Shown: piece by piece, positions 9,282 to 19,726 of the stretch | Layout of the letters: each line of letters begins with the position of its first letter | How positions within the stretch are numbered: the stretch's first letter is position 1 | Made by a program: the position numbers and the translations under genes | The notes under the pieces: model-generated | The model's input: only the letters and a program-made list of their open reading frames with translations | The model's database searches: none | Told to the model about the DNA's origin: nothing | Assembly (NCBI GenBank): GCA_963741065.1 | Contig: CAVUGV010000018.1 | Location: 44,733 to 108,732 of the forward strand | Direction of reading: 5' to 3' | Source of the DNA: an uncultured Verrucomicrobiae bacterium | GTDB lineage: Bacteria; Verrucomicrobiota; Verrucomicrobiia; Chthoniobacterales; UBA10450 | Length of the DNA: 64,000 nt

Positions 9282-9409
9282 GGGAGCACAGGCTGCCAGC
9301 CTGTAGCTTCCGGCAGCTTGCCGGACGCCGGGTGCGAGGGCGTGCGCGTGATTCGAAGAGGTTTGCGGCAAGCTGCCGCAAACAACAGGCTGGCAGCCTG
9401 TGCTCCCCA
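9282..9409 (+). repeat. family-A palindromic element, copy A2, translated in frame inside dnaE2
   Basis: GGGGAGCACAGGCTGCCAGCCTGT ... ACAGGCTGGCAGCCTGTGCTCCCC are near-perfect terminal inverted repeats. The host ORF stays open and DnaE2-like on both sides. Confidence 0.85.
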
Positions 9410-11651
9410 GAACGCAGAAGATCGCGCGCGGTTTTTGATTGACGCGTTTGGCCGCGAAAATGTTTTCGTCGAAATTCAGCGGCATTTCATTCGCGGCGAG
9501 GAACGGGTCAATCGCGAACTGATCGATCTAGCGCGTGCACATCGATTGCCGCTTATCGCCACGAACGGCGTGCAATACGCGAAGCCGTACGGACGCGAAG
9601 TGCTGGATGTTTTCACCTGCATTCGCGAACACACGCATCTCGATGCTGCTGGCAAATTGCTGACGCAAAACGCCGAGCGCCATCTGAAGAGCGATCGCGA
9701 AATGCGAGCAATTTTCGCGGATTTGCCGGAAGCAATTGAAAATACATCGCGCCTGGCCGAGCGGCTCACGTTTTCGCTTGAGAATCTCGGTACGAATTTC
9801 CCGAATATCCCGTGCCGGCCGGACACAGCATGGATTCATTTTTGCGCACCATCGTCTGGTTCGGCGCGCAACAACGTTACGCCGCGATCAGCGCAAAAGT
9901 GAAACGCCAGCTCGAGGAAGAACTCGCGCTGATAACGCAAACTCGGGTTCCCCGGCTATTTCCTGATTGTCTGGGACATCGTCAATTTCTGTCGCGAACA
10001 CAACATCATGGTCCAGGGCCGCGGCAGCGCCGCCAACAGCGCAGTTTGTTATTGCCTCGGGATCACGCCGGTTGATCCGGTTGAAAATCATCTCGTCTTC
10101 GAACGATTCCTCAACGAGAGCCGCAAAGGCTGGCCGGATATCGATCTGGATCTTCCCAGCGGCGATCGGCGCGAAGCGGTGATCCAGGAAATTTATCGCC
10201 GCTACGGCAAACACGGCGCGGCGATGACCGCGAACGTGATCAGTTATCGCGGACGCAGCGCCGCGCGCGAGATCGGCAAAGCGCTGAATTTTTCGCCGAG
10301 TATTATCGATCGCTTTTCGCATCTGTTTGCGAACGGCGATTTTCCGCACACGACTCGAATTGGAATCACAGATCGAGCAGGCCGGTTTGCCAAAAATCAT
10401 CCGCGGATGCCGGCATTCATTCGACTGTATCACGCGATCTACGGCTTGCCGCGGCATCTCGGCCAGCATTCCGGCGGCATGATTATCTGTCAGAACAAAC
10501 TGAGCTCATTTGTGCCGCTGGAAAACGCCTCCATGCCGGGCCGCGTCGTCGCGCAATGGGACAAGGACGATTGCGAAGATCTCGGCATCGTGAAAGTCGA
10601 TCTGCTCGGGCTCGGGATGATGTCGGTGATGCAGGATGCGTTTGAGCTTTGCCGTGAACGCGGGCGACCTCTCGATCTGGCTCACATTCCAAAAGATGAC
10701 GCGGCGACTTTCGAGATCATGCAGCACGCCGACACGATCGGCGTTTTTCAAATCGAAAGCCGCGCGCAAATGGCGACGCTGCCGCGGATGAAACCGGAAT
10801 GTTTTTACGACGTCGTGATTGAGGTGGCGATCATTCGCCCGGGGCCAATCCAGGGCGACATGGTGCATCCTTATCTCGCGCGGCGCGCCGGCGAAAAGAG
10901 CCAATCACGTATTTCGACGAACGACTGAAGCCCGTGCTACAGCGCACTCTTGGCGTGCCGTTGTTTCAGGAACAAATGCTCAAGATCGCGATGGTCATGG
11001 CGGATTTTTCCGGCAACGAGGCCGAGGAGTTGCGACGCGCACTGAGTTTTCATCGTTCCGAGGAACGAATGCAAGAAAGTGAGCGTGAAATTGCGCGCGG
11101 CCATGGAGCGAAAAGGCGTCGCGCCGGACAAAATTGAGAAAATCATTCAATCGATCTCGTCGTTTGCGCTTTACGGGTTTCCCGAATCGCACGCGATCAG
11201 TTTCGCCATTCTCGCTTACGGCAGCGCGTATTTGAAAGTGCATCGCGCCGCCGGAATTTTACGCGAGCCTGTTGAACAATCAGCCGATGGGTTTTTACAC
11301 GCCGGCCACGATTGTGAAAGACGCGCAGCGGCATGGGCGTAAAGTGCAAGCCGGTTTGCGTCATGAAGATCGGACTGGCGCTGCAGCGTTGTTGACGACG
11401 ACACAGTTTCGACTGGGGTTTTGCGTCGTGAACGGATTGCGGCAGGAACACGCCGAAGAACTCGTCAGGCAACGGCAAGATCGACAATTTGAGTCGTTGG
11501 AAGATTTCAAGCGGCGAGTTCCTCTGTCGAAAGACGAATTGCGCACACTGGCAGAATTAGGCGCGCTGAATTGTTTTGCCGAACATCGCCGCGCGGCGAT
11601 GTGGAAAGTGGAAGAAACGCTGCATGATGATTTGCTCGATCGCACGACTCC

Positions 11652-11781
11652 GGGGAGCGCAGGCTGCCAGCCTGCAGTTTGCGGCAGCTTGCCGCAAACA
11701 TCTCGCACACGATGCGTGCAAACACCCTGAAGAGCGTTCCGCAAGCTGCTGGACGCGGCAGGCTAGCAGCCTGCGCTCCCC
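11652..11781 (+). repeat. family-A palindromic element, copy A3, inside dnaE2, with in-frame TGA and TAG
   Basis: GGGGAGCGCAGGCTGCCAGCCTGC ... GCAGGCTAGCAGCCTGCGCTCCCC. The flanking dnaE2 segments (11272.. and 11806..) share one frame. Stops at 11728-11730 and 11764-11766 lie inside the element. Confidence 0.85.
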
Positions 11782-12253
11782 AGAAAAGAATCGCCCCTCG
11801 CGCCAATGACCCTATCCGAGCGTGTGCGCGCAGATTACGAAACAATGAATCTGACGACCGGACCGCATCCGATGAAACTGTTGCGCGAAAGTTTGCCGAA
11901 TATTTGGCGCGCGATCGATCTTGTTCACGCGCGCCATGGCTCAACCATTCAGATCGCCGGCAACGTGATTTGCCGTCAGCGTCCCGGCACAGCGAAAGGA
12001 TTTGTTTTCATCAGCCTGGAAGACGAGACCGGCGTTTCAAATGCAATTGTCGAGCCAGATCTGTTCGAACAATTTCGGCTCGTCATTACCGAGGAAGCGT
12101 TTCTGCTCATCGAAGGCGAAGTGCAAAATTCAGACAACGTCGATTTTGATCAAAGCGCGCGACATCAGGCCGCTCGCACACCTGCCCGCAATGCTAGCGA
12201 TGCAGGCGGGCGAACAACTCGTCGGAAGCGAGTCGCACGATTTCCACTAATGT

Positions 12254-12310
12254 TGTAGCCGCTTCGCTGTGCGAAGCGTCGCGCTGCCGCCCACTAGGGC
12301 GGCGGCTACA
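12254..12310. terminator. compound hairpin between convergent dnaE2 and gnd (REP-like, probable bidirectional terminator)
   Basis: TGTAGCCGC ... GCGGCTACA outer stem enclosing cgcttcgc-tgtg-cgaagcg and gccgccc-acta-gggcggc hairpins. Confidence 0.5.
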
Positions 12311-12312
12311 GA

Positions 12313-13804
12313 TTACTCACCCGCGTGATGCGGCTGCGGCGTTTTGGGTTCGGTGGGTTTTTCGGCTGGTTTTTGATCGGACTCGATCCATTCGGTGTGA
12401 AAAACGCCGGGCTTATCGATGCGCTCGTAAGTGTGGGCGCCAAAGAAATCGCGTTGCGCCTGCAGGAGATTCGCCGGCAGACGCGCCGAGCGATAACTAT
12501 CGAAGTAAGCCAGCGACGCAGAAAACGCAGGGGCGGCCACGCCATGTTTGATAGCTGTCGATAACACGCAGACGCCAATTGGGCTGCGCTTTCTTGATGG
12601 CTCTCGTGAAATAGCGATCGAGCAGAAGATTGTGCAGTGCGGGGTCGCGCCGATATGCTTCGACGATCCGGTTGAGAAATTTCGCGCGAATGATGCAGCC
12701 GCCTCGCCAGATGGTGGCGATGTCGCTCAGGTTGAGGTTCCAGTTGTATTCGGTGCTTCCAGAACGCAGAAGCTCCATTCCCTGCGCGTAAGACACAATT
12801 TTCGACGCGTAAAGCGCGTCGCGCACTGCATCGACAAGACGCAGTGCGATCGCCTTTAAACTTCTCGAGCTTCGGTTGCGGCAGAATTTTCGACGCAGCC
12901 ACACGCTCTTCTTTTCGCGAGGAGATAACGCGCGCTTCAACGGCGGCGTTTATCGTTGAAATGACGACAGATTGCCGGATCGCGGATTGAAGTGTCCAGA
13001 TGCCGGTTCCTTTTTGGCCGGCTTTGTCGAGGATCATGTCGACCAGCGGCTTGCCGGTCTCGGGATCGATCTTTCGAAAAATTTGCGGATGTGATTTCGA
13101 TCAGGTAACTGTCGAGCTCGCCTTTATTCCATTCTGCAAAGATCTCGGCAAGTTGCGCGGCGTCCATCTCCAACGACGTCTTTGAGAATGGCATAGGCTT
13201 CGCAGATCAATTGGATATCGCCGTACTCGATGCCGTTGTGCACCATCTTGACGTAATGCCCGGCGCCATCCGGTCCCATGTATCGGCAACACGGCTCGCC
13301 ATCCACTTGCGCGGCGATCTTGCGGAAAATCGGCGCGATGATTTCCCATGACTCACGCGATCCTCCCGGCATGAGCGAAGGACCCTTAAGCGCGCCTTCT
13401 TCGCCGCCGGACACGCCCATGCCGACAAAATGAATTCCTTTGCCCTCTAATTCTTTGTCCGCGCCGCTGTGTGTCGGTGAAACAGCGAATTTCCTCCGTC
13501 GATGATGACATCGCCTTTTTCCAGCAGCGGCGCGAGTTGACCGATCACCGCGTCCACCGGCGCGCCGGCTTTCACCATGATCATCGCTATGCGCGGTTTC
13601 TTAAGCGCCGCCGACGAATTCCTCCATCGTGCGCGTTGGTTGAATGTTTTTTCCCTGGCCGCGGCCGGCAGCGAATTTCTCGGTGACTTCCGTGGTGCGA
13701 TTGAACACCGCGACAGAAAATCCCTTCGATTCCATGTTGAGGACGAGATTTTCGCCCATCACACCCAGGCCGATCAGGCCAATATCACATTGATTGGTTG
13801 TCAT
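12313..13804 (-). pseudogene. gnd: 6-phosphogluconate dehydrogenase (decarboxylating). As read: at least 6 frame changes
   Basis: [23 protein letters not shown].., [19 protein letters not shown].., [18 protein letters not shown].., DKAGQKGTG.W.., [10 protein letters not shown].., [14 protein letters not shown].. are all present but spread over six ORF fragments in different frames. Confidence 0.85.
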
Positions 13805-13865
13805 TTTAGTATCTTCTTTTCTGACTACTTCGGAGAAGACACCACTGTAACGAGCATTAGAGCGC

Positions 13866-14303
13866 ATGGCAAATCTCGTTTGCGAAGTTTTAGTGACTGA
13901 AGCGCCGCTTGAGGCGCCGCCGCAAAATCATCATGGCGATGCAGGAGCAACGGTCGATTTTTGGGGAGTGGTGCGGAGACTTGAAGATGGACGCGAAATC
14001 GAAGGGATCGACTATGAAGCGCATCGGGAAATGGCCGAGCATCAGTTGAGACAAATTGCCGAGCAGGCCGTGGAGAAATTTCGGCTTCAACTTGTTATCA
14101 TTCATCACCGAATCGGATTTATTGCCGTTGGGGAACCATCGCTTTTTGTGCGAGTGGCAAGTCCGCATCGCGGCGAAGCATTTCGAGCCAGTCAATGGAT
14201 AGTGGATGAGTTGAAGAAAAAAGTGCCGATTTGGAAGAAGACCACGATTTACAAGAGACAAACAGCCTCGCACGCGGCCTCGCAGGGCAGCGGCTACAGC
14301 AAG
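13866..14303 (+). CDS. moaE: molybdopterin synthase catalytic subunit MoaE (no stop before pgsA as read)
   Basis: ..GATVDFWGVVR..IEGIDYEAHREMAE..VIIHHRIGFIAVGEPSLFVRVASPHRGEAFRASQWIVDELKKKVPIWKK is colinear with E. coli MoaE. Confidence 0.8.
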
Positions 14304-14883
14304 ATGAACTGGGCGAACCGAATTACTTTGGGCCGCCTCGCGCTGACAGTTCTTTTCGTGGTCGCGGTCAATTCTTCCTGGCAATACGCGCGCACTGCCG
14401 CGCTTGTGATTTTTCTGATCGCAGGCCTGACCGATTTTGTCGATGGAGAAATCGCCCGGCGCTACGGGATCATCACGAATTTTGGCAAATTGATGGATCC
14501 GCTCGTGGACAAAATCATGGTGGCGGCGGCGTTCATTTCGCTCGTGCCTCTTAAAGCCGTGCCGGCATGGGCAGCTACGACGGTGGTGGCGCGAGATTTT
14601 TTGATCACCGGACTGCGTCTGATGGCCAGCGCCAAAGGCCGGATTCTTCCAGCGGAAAGTCTCGGTAAACAGAAAACCTCGTGGCAAATCATCACGATTA
14701 TTTTCTTTCTGGCGCTTCTTTCAATAGTCGAACTGCGATACGCGAGTGAAACATCGACATGGTGGGTGCGGGCCTGGAACGAAGCCGGTCCCGTGCTGGT
14801 GTGGATTACCGTGGCACTGACGATTTATTCCGGGTCTTGGCTTTACCTGGCGAAATCGGGAATTGATTGCGCCAGATCAATAG
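14304..14883 (+). CDS. pgsA: CDP-diacylglycerol--glycerol-3-phosphate 3-phosphatidyltransferase (frame break near 14838; as-read ORF runs to 15008)
   Basis: MNWANRITLGR.., CDP-alcohol phosphotransferase motif DFVDGEIAR..G..G..DP..DK. After a 1-nt shift the C-terminus reads TWRNRELIAPDQ-stop (TAG 14881-14883), identical to the duplicate at 17170-17205. Confidence 0.85.
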
Positions 14884-14894
14884 CGGGCAACGGG
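14882..14894 (+). repeat. 13-nt copy of the tRNA-Gly(UCC) 3' end (att-like core)
   Basis: AGCGGGCAACGGG matches 35383-35395 and 16985-16997. Abuts the inferred pgsA stop. Confidence 0.65.
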
Positions 14895-14924
14895 CAGGCG
14901 GCGTTGATAACGTCGATCGTCGGT

Positions 14925-16864
14925 TTAGCGCGCAGCGCGCGCGCGAGCGGCGGCGAGGTTGGCGCGGATGCTTTCGCTGTCGGGCGCGAGGCCTTGCGCG
15001 ATCTCTAATTCGCGAACCGCGTCGGCGTAGCGGCCGAGGTTGAACAGCGAGATGCCGAGATTTTCGTGCGCGGAAACAAGCGCGGGCGCGAGCCGCAGCG
15101 CGGCTTCGTAGTGCGGCAGAGCGTCGGCAAAACGGCCGATGTGGGCGAGAGTGTTGGCCCAGTTGTATTGGGCATCAGGAAGATTCGGGTCCGCGCGCAC
15201 TGCGGACGCGTACTGCGCTAGCGCGTCGTCGGTGCGGCCGAAAATGGTGAGGATGTTGGCAGCGTTGTTATGGGCGAGGGCGAAATCGGGACGAAGGCGG
15301 ATCGCAGCTTCGTAGCACGCGAGCGCCTCGGCATTGCGGCCTTGCTCATGACGCACGTCGCCGAGCCCATAATGCGCGTCGGCGAGTGTGGGGAGTTGTG
15401 CAAGCGCGAGCTCGAATTGCACGGCGGCTTCGTCGAGCCGGCCCGCAGCGGCCAGCGCGACGGCGTAGTTGTGGCGCACCTTGGGGTAGTTCGGCAGCAA
15501 ACGCACCGCAGTCTCGTAGGCAGCGAGCGCTTCGGGGACACGCCCGGCGTCAGAGAGCGCGCTGGCCAGTTCGCCGAACGGGCGCGGGCTTTCGGGCCGC
15601 TTTGCGATGTTGTCCTGCCAAATCGAAATGGCAGAGCGGTAGTCGATGTTGCGCCGCGCGGTCATCGCGCCCAAGGCAATCGCGATTGCAACGAATACGA
15701 CCACGCTGCGACGGCCGAGGACATGCCACACGCCAACGACGATGGCGGCGATGATCGCGGCGAGCGGCAAATACATCCGGTGTTCCGCGACGGTTTGTGT
15801 GGCAAGTGGCAACACGCTCGAAGTCGGCGCGAGCAGCAGAAAAAACCACGCGCCGAGAAAACCCCACGGCGGGCACCGGGCGAGCGCGATGAGCGTGGCA
15901 CCGAAGAGCGCGAGCAGCAGGGCGGCTTGCAGCCAGACCTCAGCGAGGGAACTGGTTGTCGCTATGCCGTAATCGAGCACCAGCGGCGCGGGCCAGAGTG
16001 CGAGTCGAATGTAATGGATGAGCGCACCGCATTGGGTGAGCAGATAGTGCCACGGCGTGATGCCGAGACCGAAACCGGCCGTCGCACCTCGATTGCCCGC
16101 TTGCATCACGAGCCAACCGAGTAACAGCCATGTCGCCGCGAGTCCGGCGTAGAACCATGGCCGCCGACGCAGCGCTTCGCGAAACGTCCCGGCGACAAAA
16201 GTGCGGTCGTGCAGCAGCACGAGCAACGGCGCGGCATACACTACTTCTTTCGTTGCCATGCCGAGCAGGCACATGACAACGGCGAGCGCGTGCCAGCGCA
16301 TGGGCGTAGGCGACTCCGCACCTCGAATCGACGCGTATAGCGTCAATAACAGGCACAACCCGGCAAGCGACTCAGCGCGTTGTGCAATGTAAGTTACCGA
16401 CTCAGTCTGGAGGGGGTGTAACATCCAAAGCGCGGCCAGCGCGAACGCGAGCGGCGTCGCGTCGGCCGCGAATTTCGCAGCGAGCGGTCGGGACCGCAAC
16501 GTCCGGCGCACGACGCCGAACAGCGCCAGCGCAGCCAGCGCGTGGATCGCGAGGTTGAGCACGTGATAGCCGCGGACGTCGGCGCCCCCGACGGCCCAAT
16601 TGAGCGCGAAGGAAAAATTGACGAGCGGCCGGCCATTCGCAGGCTGACCGGTGTGGGGCGGCGCGAGTACCATCAGGGAGCGCGAGCGTGCGGATCGTCG
16701 CGTTTTCGCACGATGGCCGGAAGATCATCGAAAATAAACGGCCCGCGAAAACTATTGGCCCATGCCGCGAGTGCAGCGGCAGTAAGTAGCGCAGCAGCGA
16801 CGAAGATTCCGGCGCGGCTAGAGTTCGGGGCCGGACGCACGATTTTGCCCTTGGCACGCACCAT
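14925..16864 (-). CDS. TPR-repeat membrane protein with TMTC/PMT-like (GT-C fold) N-terminal domain; two frame breaks near 16675-16720
   Basis: N-terminus ..AWANSFRGPFIFDDLPAI.., then about 10 TM segments, then a C-terminal run of TPR units (A..Y..A....P....A..NLG). Visibly more GC-rich than its neighbours. Confidence 0.75.
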
Positions 16865-16983
16865 GAATGACCTTTGTTAGGACCTCTCCTATGAATCGAA
16901 CAGCGAACACTGGCAAAGACTGATTTTTCGTTCTGACTGTTGCCTCCTGGCAGGCGTCTTTTGCTTCGTGTTCATAGATGAAC

Positions 16984-16999
16984 GAGCGGGCAACGGGAA
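16984..16999 (+). repeat. 16-nt copy of the tRNA-Gly(UCC) 3' end plus one flanking nt (att-like core)
   Basis: GAGCGGGCAACGGGAA matches 35382-35397. Fused directly to the pgsA 3' fragment. Confidence 0.65.
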
Positions 17000-17205
17000 A
17001 ACTTCGTGGCAAATCATCACGATTATTTTCTTTCTGGCGTTCCCTGCAAGTGTGGAACTGCGTTACGCCAATGAAACATTTACATGGTGGTACGGCCCTG
17101 GAGCGAAGCCGGTCCCGTGCTGTATGGATTACGATAGTGCTGACGATTTACTCTGGGTTTGGCGTCACCTGGCGCAATCGCGAACTGATCGCGCCCGACC
17201 AATAG
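16996..17205 (+). pseudogene. displaced, decayed duplicate of the pgsA 3' end
   Basis: About 210 nt aligning to 14672-14883. The first 43 nt have 1 mismatch, then roughly 75-80% identity with small indels. Encodes KTSWQIITIIFFLA.. and ..VWITIVLTIYSGFGVTWRNRELIAPDQ-stop in two frames. Confidence 0.75.
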
Positions 17206-19477
17206 CGGCGATCGAGCGTAGCGCATCTGCTGAAGGCCGCGAGAAATGCGAGGGCAGCGAGAATTGAAATCCACTTTCCAAGTGTAAGCACGTCACGGGC
17301 GTACTCGACTCGTAAATGGTGATGACCCGCCAGCAGCGGCACCGCTCGCAAGATGTAATTTGCCGGCAGCAATTTGTAATTTGTCTGAACGCTCCCGGGC
17401 AGGGCGATAGCTCGCCACGATGGTGTGAATGCATCCGTGATCAGCAAGATGGCCGGTTGTTCGGCGTCAGCTTCAATTTCCAGCGCGTCAGTCGAAGCGG
17501 CAACAATTCGCGCCGTGCCGGCGCTTTCGGCTGGCAAGGGTTTCGGTTCCGGTTCGGATTCCAAAATTACTTCGTGCGCGGGGTCAAACGTAGTTGATCG
17601 CAACACGTCGAAGATTGCATTGCGGTCAGCCAGGACACGGTAGCTGGAAACAAGGTGGAGGTGCGACATGGCGGGCTCTGGTGCATCGCCGATTTCCAAT
17701 TCATTTCCGCGTTGCCCCAAAACATAGCGCAGACGCAGCATGGCGAAGAGCGGATCGTAGCGGACGAACTTCACATACGACATCGCCTGGTCGGGATCCC
17801 CGCCCTGGCTCCAAGTCATGAACTCGGCGTAGCGCCGCACCACGGTCGCTTCGTATCCCCACATGTCTTGCGCGCCGATCAACATCGCGCTGTTCGGGTT
17901 CGCGACATTCAGGATGCGGTAATCGCCGGCGTGCTCCTCGAGAAAGCGCTTTTCATCCGGATTCACGATGGTAGCGCTGTCAAACGTGGCGCGCGCGCCG
18001 TGTGCAAAAATAAACATTTCCGCCGCGCCCAAAGCGATCGCGCCAAACAGCGCACGCGGCTCTCGCCTCGCGAAGGCCAGGATGATGCCAAGGAGCGCGC
18101 AAACTCCAGCGGCAAAAAACAGCGACATCGCCGCGAGATGCTGCGATTGGGCAATAAATTCCGTGTCCGCGTAGAGTTGGGGGAACAGGTACGATTGGCC
18201 ACTGGCGCGACTTGCGTTCATTAGTCTCGGCCAGAACCCAGTGCTTGCGGTCCACCATCCGGCGACGCCCAAGGCCGCGGCACATGCGAAAACGGCAGCG
18301 ATAAATGGAGTCTCGATTCTCTTTTGTTGGAACAACCGCTCGAGTCCGCTGGCCGCGAGCAGACAAAGAAACAGCGACGCTAGAAAACTAAACTTCGAAA
18401 TACTGCGGAAGCGATCAAAGCCGGGCACCCAGGTATAAAGAAAATCGAACAACGGTGTATAGGCGCCGACGGCCAATAAAAATGCAACGCAAACAACAAT
18501 CAGCGGGGGCCATTTCGTTCCGCGTTCGCACCGAATCGTCGCGTAGATGGCGAACGCCAGGCCTACTACGCCGATGAAAACTGACGTTTCCCACAGATAC
18601 CAGCGTCCCCAGTATCTCGCTATGTGGCCAAAAAAATCCGGCGCGACCAACGTCGCAAAGTTCTCCGGCGGGAGCGAGAGCATGGAGGCAAATTGAAAAG
18701 GCAGCCTGAAGCCGCGCGTGGTTTCGCGCGTTGTCTGGATGGCGGGCAGCAATTGCACGGCTGCAAGGAGAGCGCCGGCTGGATAGATACTCAGCAACGC
18801 CGCTGCGACTCGCCAATTCCAGTGGCCGATCAATCGCAATGCAGCGTAGAGCCCGGCAATGATTGCAGTGTAAAAGACGTACTGCGGAAATCCTGCCAAC
18901 GTCTGCATGGCGATAGCAAACATCCCAAGCAACGACCAACCCCGAAAGCTTTCGGGGCGCTGAGTTCTGAAAACGGCGTCGATCGAACAAAAGATCAGCG
19001 GCGACCACGTCATTGCGCTCAACTGAGGCAAATGGCCGGCAAAAACGTGGGAAAAAACGCGCCGCAAAACATAACCAGCGTGCCGGCAAAGAAACTGGCC
19101 GGAGCGGAAAGCCCCCGTTGTTTCATCCAAAAAAACATGAACGCGCCAATAGCGAAAACATGCAGCGCCACCGTCCAGTTGATCGCGACAGGGGTGGACA
19201 AAACCAGGAAGAGCCAATTCGGCGGATACAGCAGCGCGCCTTGCATCCCACCGAAATACGGAGCGCCGCTAAAGATATGGGGGTTCCACAACGCGAGATT
19301 TCCTTTGGTCAATTCGCGGAAACCGAATTCGCGCCATGCGAAGTATTGCAAGAACATATCGCTGCCGGGATGTCCAAGCACGCGTGTGCCGCCGGCGAAC
19401 AAAAGATCGGCAAACATGGCCAGCGCCATTGCGAGCAAGAGGATCAGCGAAACGATCGTGGAACGCCGGCTTTCCAT
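17148..19477 (-). CDS. YfhO-family polytopic membrane protein (putative glycosyltransferase); one frame break near 19050
   Basis: N-terminal fragment ..LALWNPHIFSGAPYFGGMQGALLYPPNWLFL.. is YfhO-like and continues into the 689-aa ORF (many TM segments, large C-terminal domain). The last roughly 19 codons are antisense to the pgsA fragment. Confidence 0.7.
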
Positions 19478-19726
19478 CAGGCGGAAATGGTGACCGCCAG
19501 AACTGGAAAAATCAAAGCTCTCGTGAATTTAAAAACGAAATGGATCGCAACATGACTGACCCGGTGCGCCAGCGCGCATAGGCTACGGCGGGAGCGAACT
19601 CAAAATAAGGATTATGCCAGATAGGCAGGCCGTCGCCGCCGTCTCGTTGCCAGATTAAACAGGCCTTGTTCTGCTTCGCAGGATCACGCTAGAATCGCTC
19701 GCTGGTGGGAGGTAGCCAAGGTTTAC

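Larger units (their letters stand above)
8910..12250 (+). pseudogene. dnaE2: error-prone DNA polymerase III alpha, DnaE2/ImuC type. As read: at least 6 frame changes plus two in-frame stops
   Basis: N-terminus MSYIELHACSAFSFLRGGS is PHP-domain DnaE2-like. Later segments ..GYFLIVWDIVNFC..QGRGSAANSAVCYCLGIT.., ..PESHAISFA.., ..FYTPATIVKDAQRHG.. C-terminal OB region ends ..SESHDFH-stop at 12250. Pieces lie in frames 0,2,0,2,0,1,1,2. Confidence 0.85.

Noticed and set aside
12002-12250. Separate 82-aa gene downstream of dnaE2
   Set aside because: Its C-terminal part (..ILIKARDIRPLAHLPA..SESHDFH) is the canonical DnaE2 C-terminus displaced by a frame change near 12140.
15270-16356. Several plus- and minus-strand ORFs (15270-16124, 15386-15754, 15646-15972, 15940-16356) inside the TMTC-like gene
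   Set aside because: High local GC suppresses stop codons in all frames. Only the 14925-16864 minus frame has a TM plus TPR architecture.
16969-16984. TGTTCATAGATGAACG, a LexA-box-like palindrome next to the 16-nt tRNA scar
   Set aside because: The spacing is TGTTC-N6-GAAC rather than N4 and the right half lacks the terminal A. It also has no SOS-type gene context.
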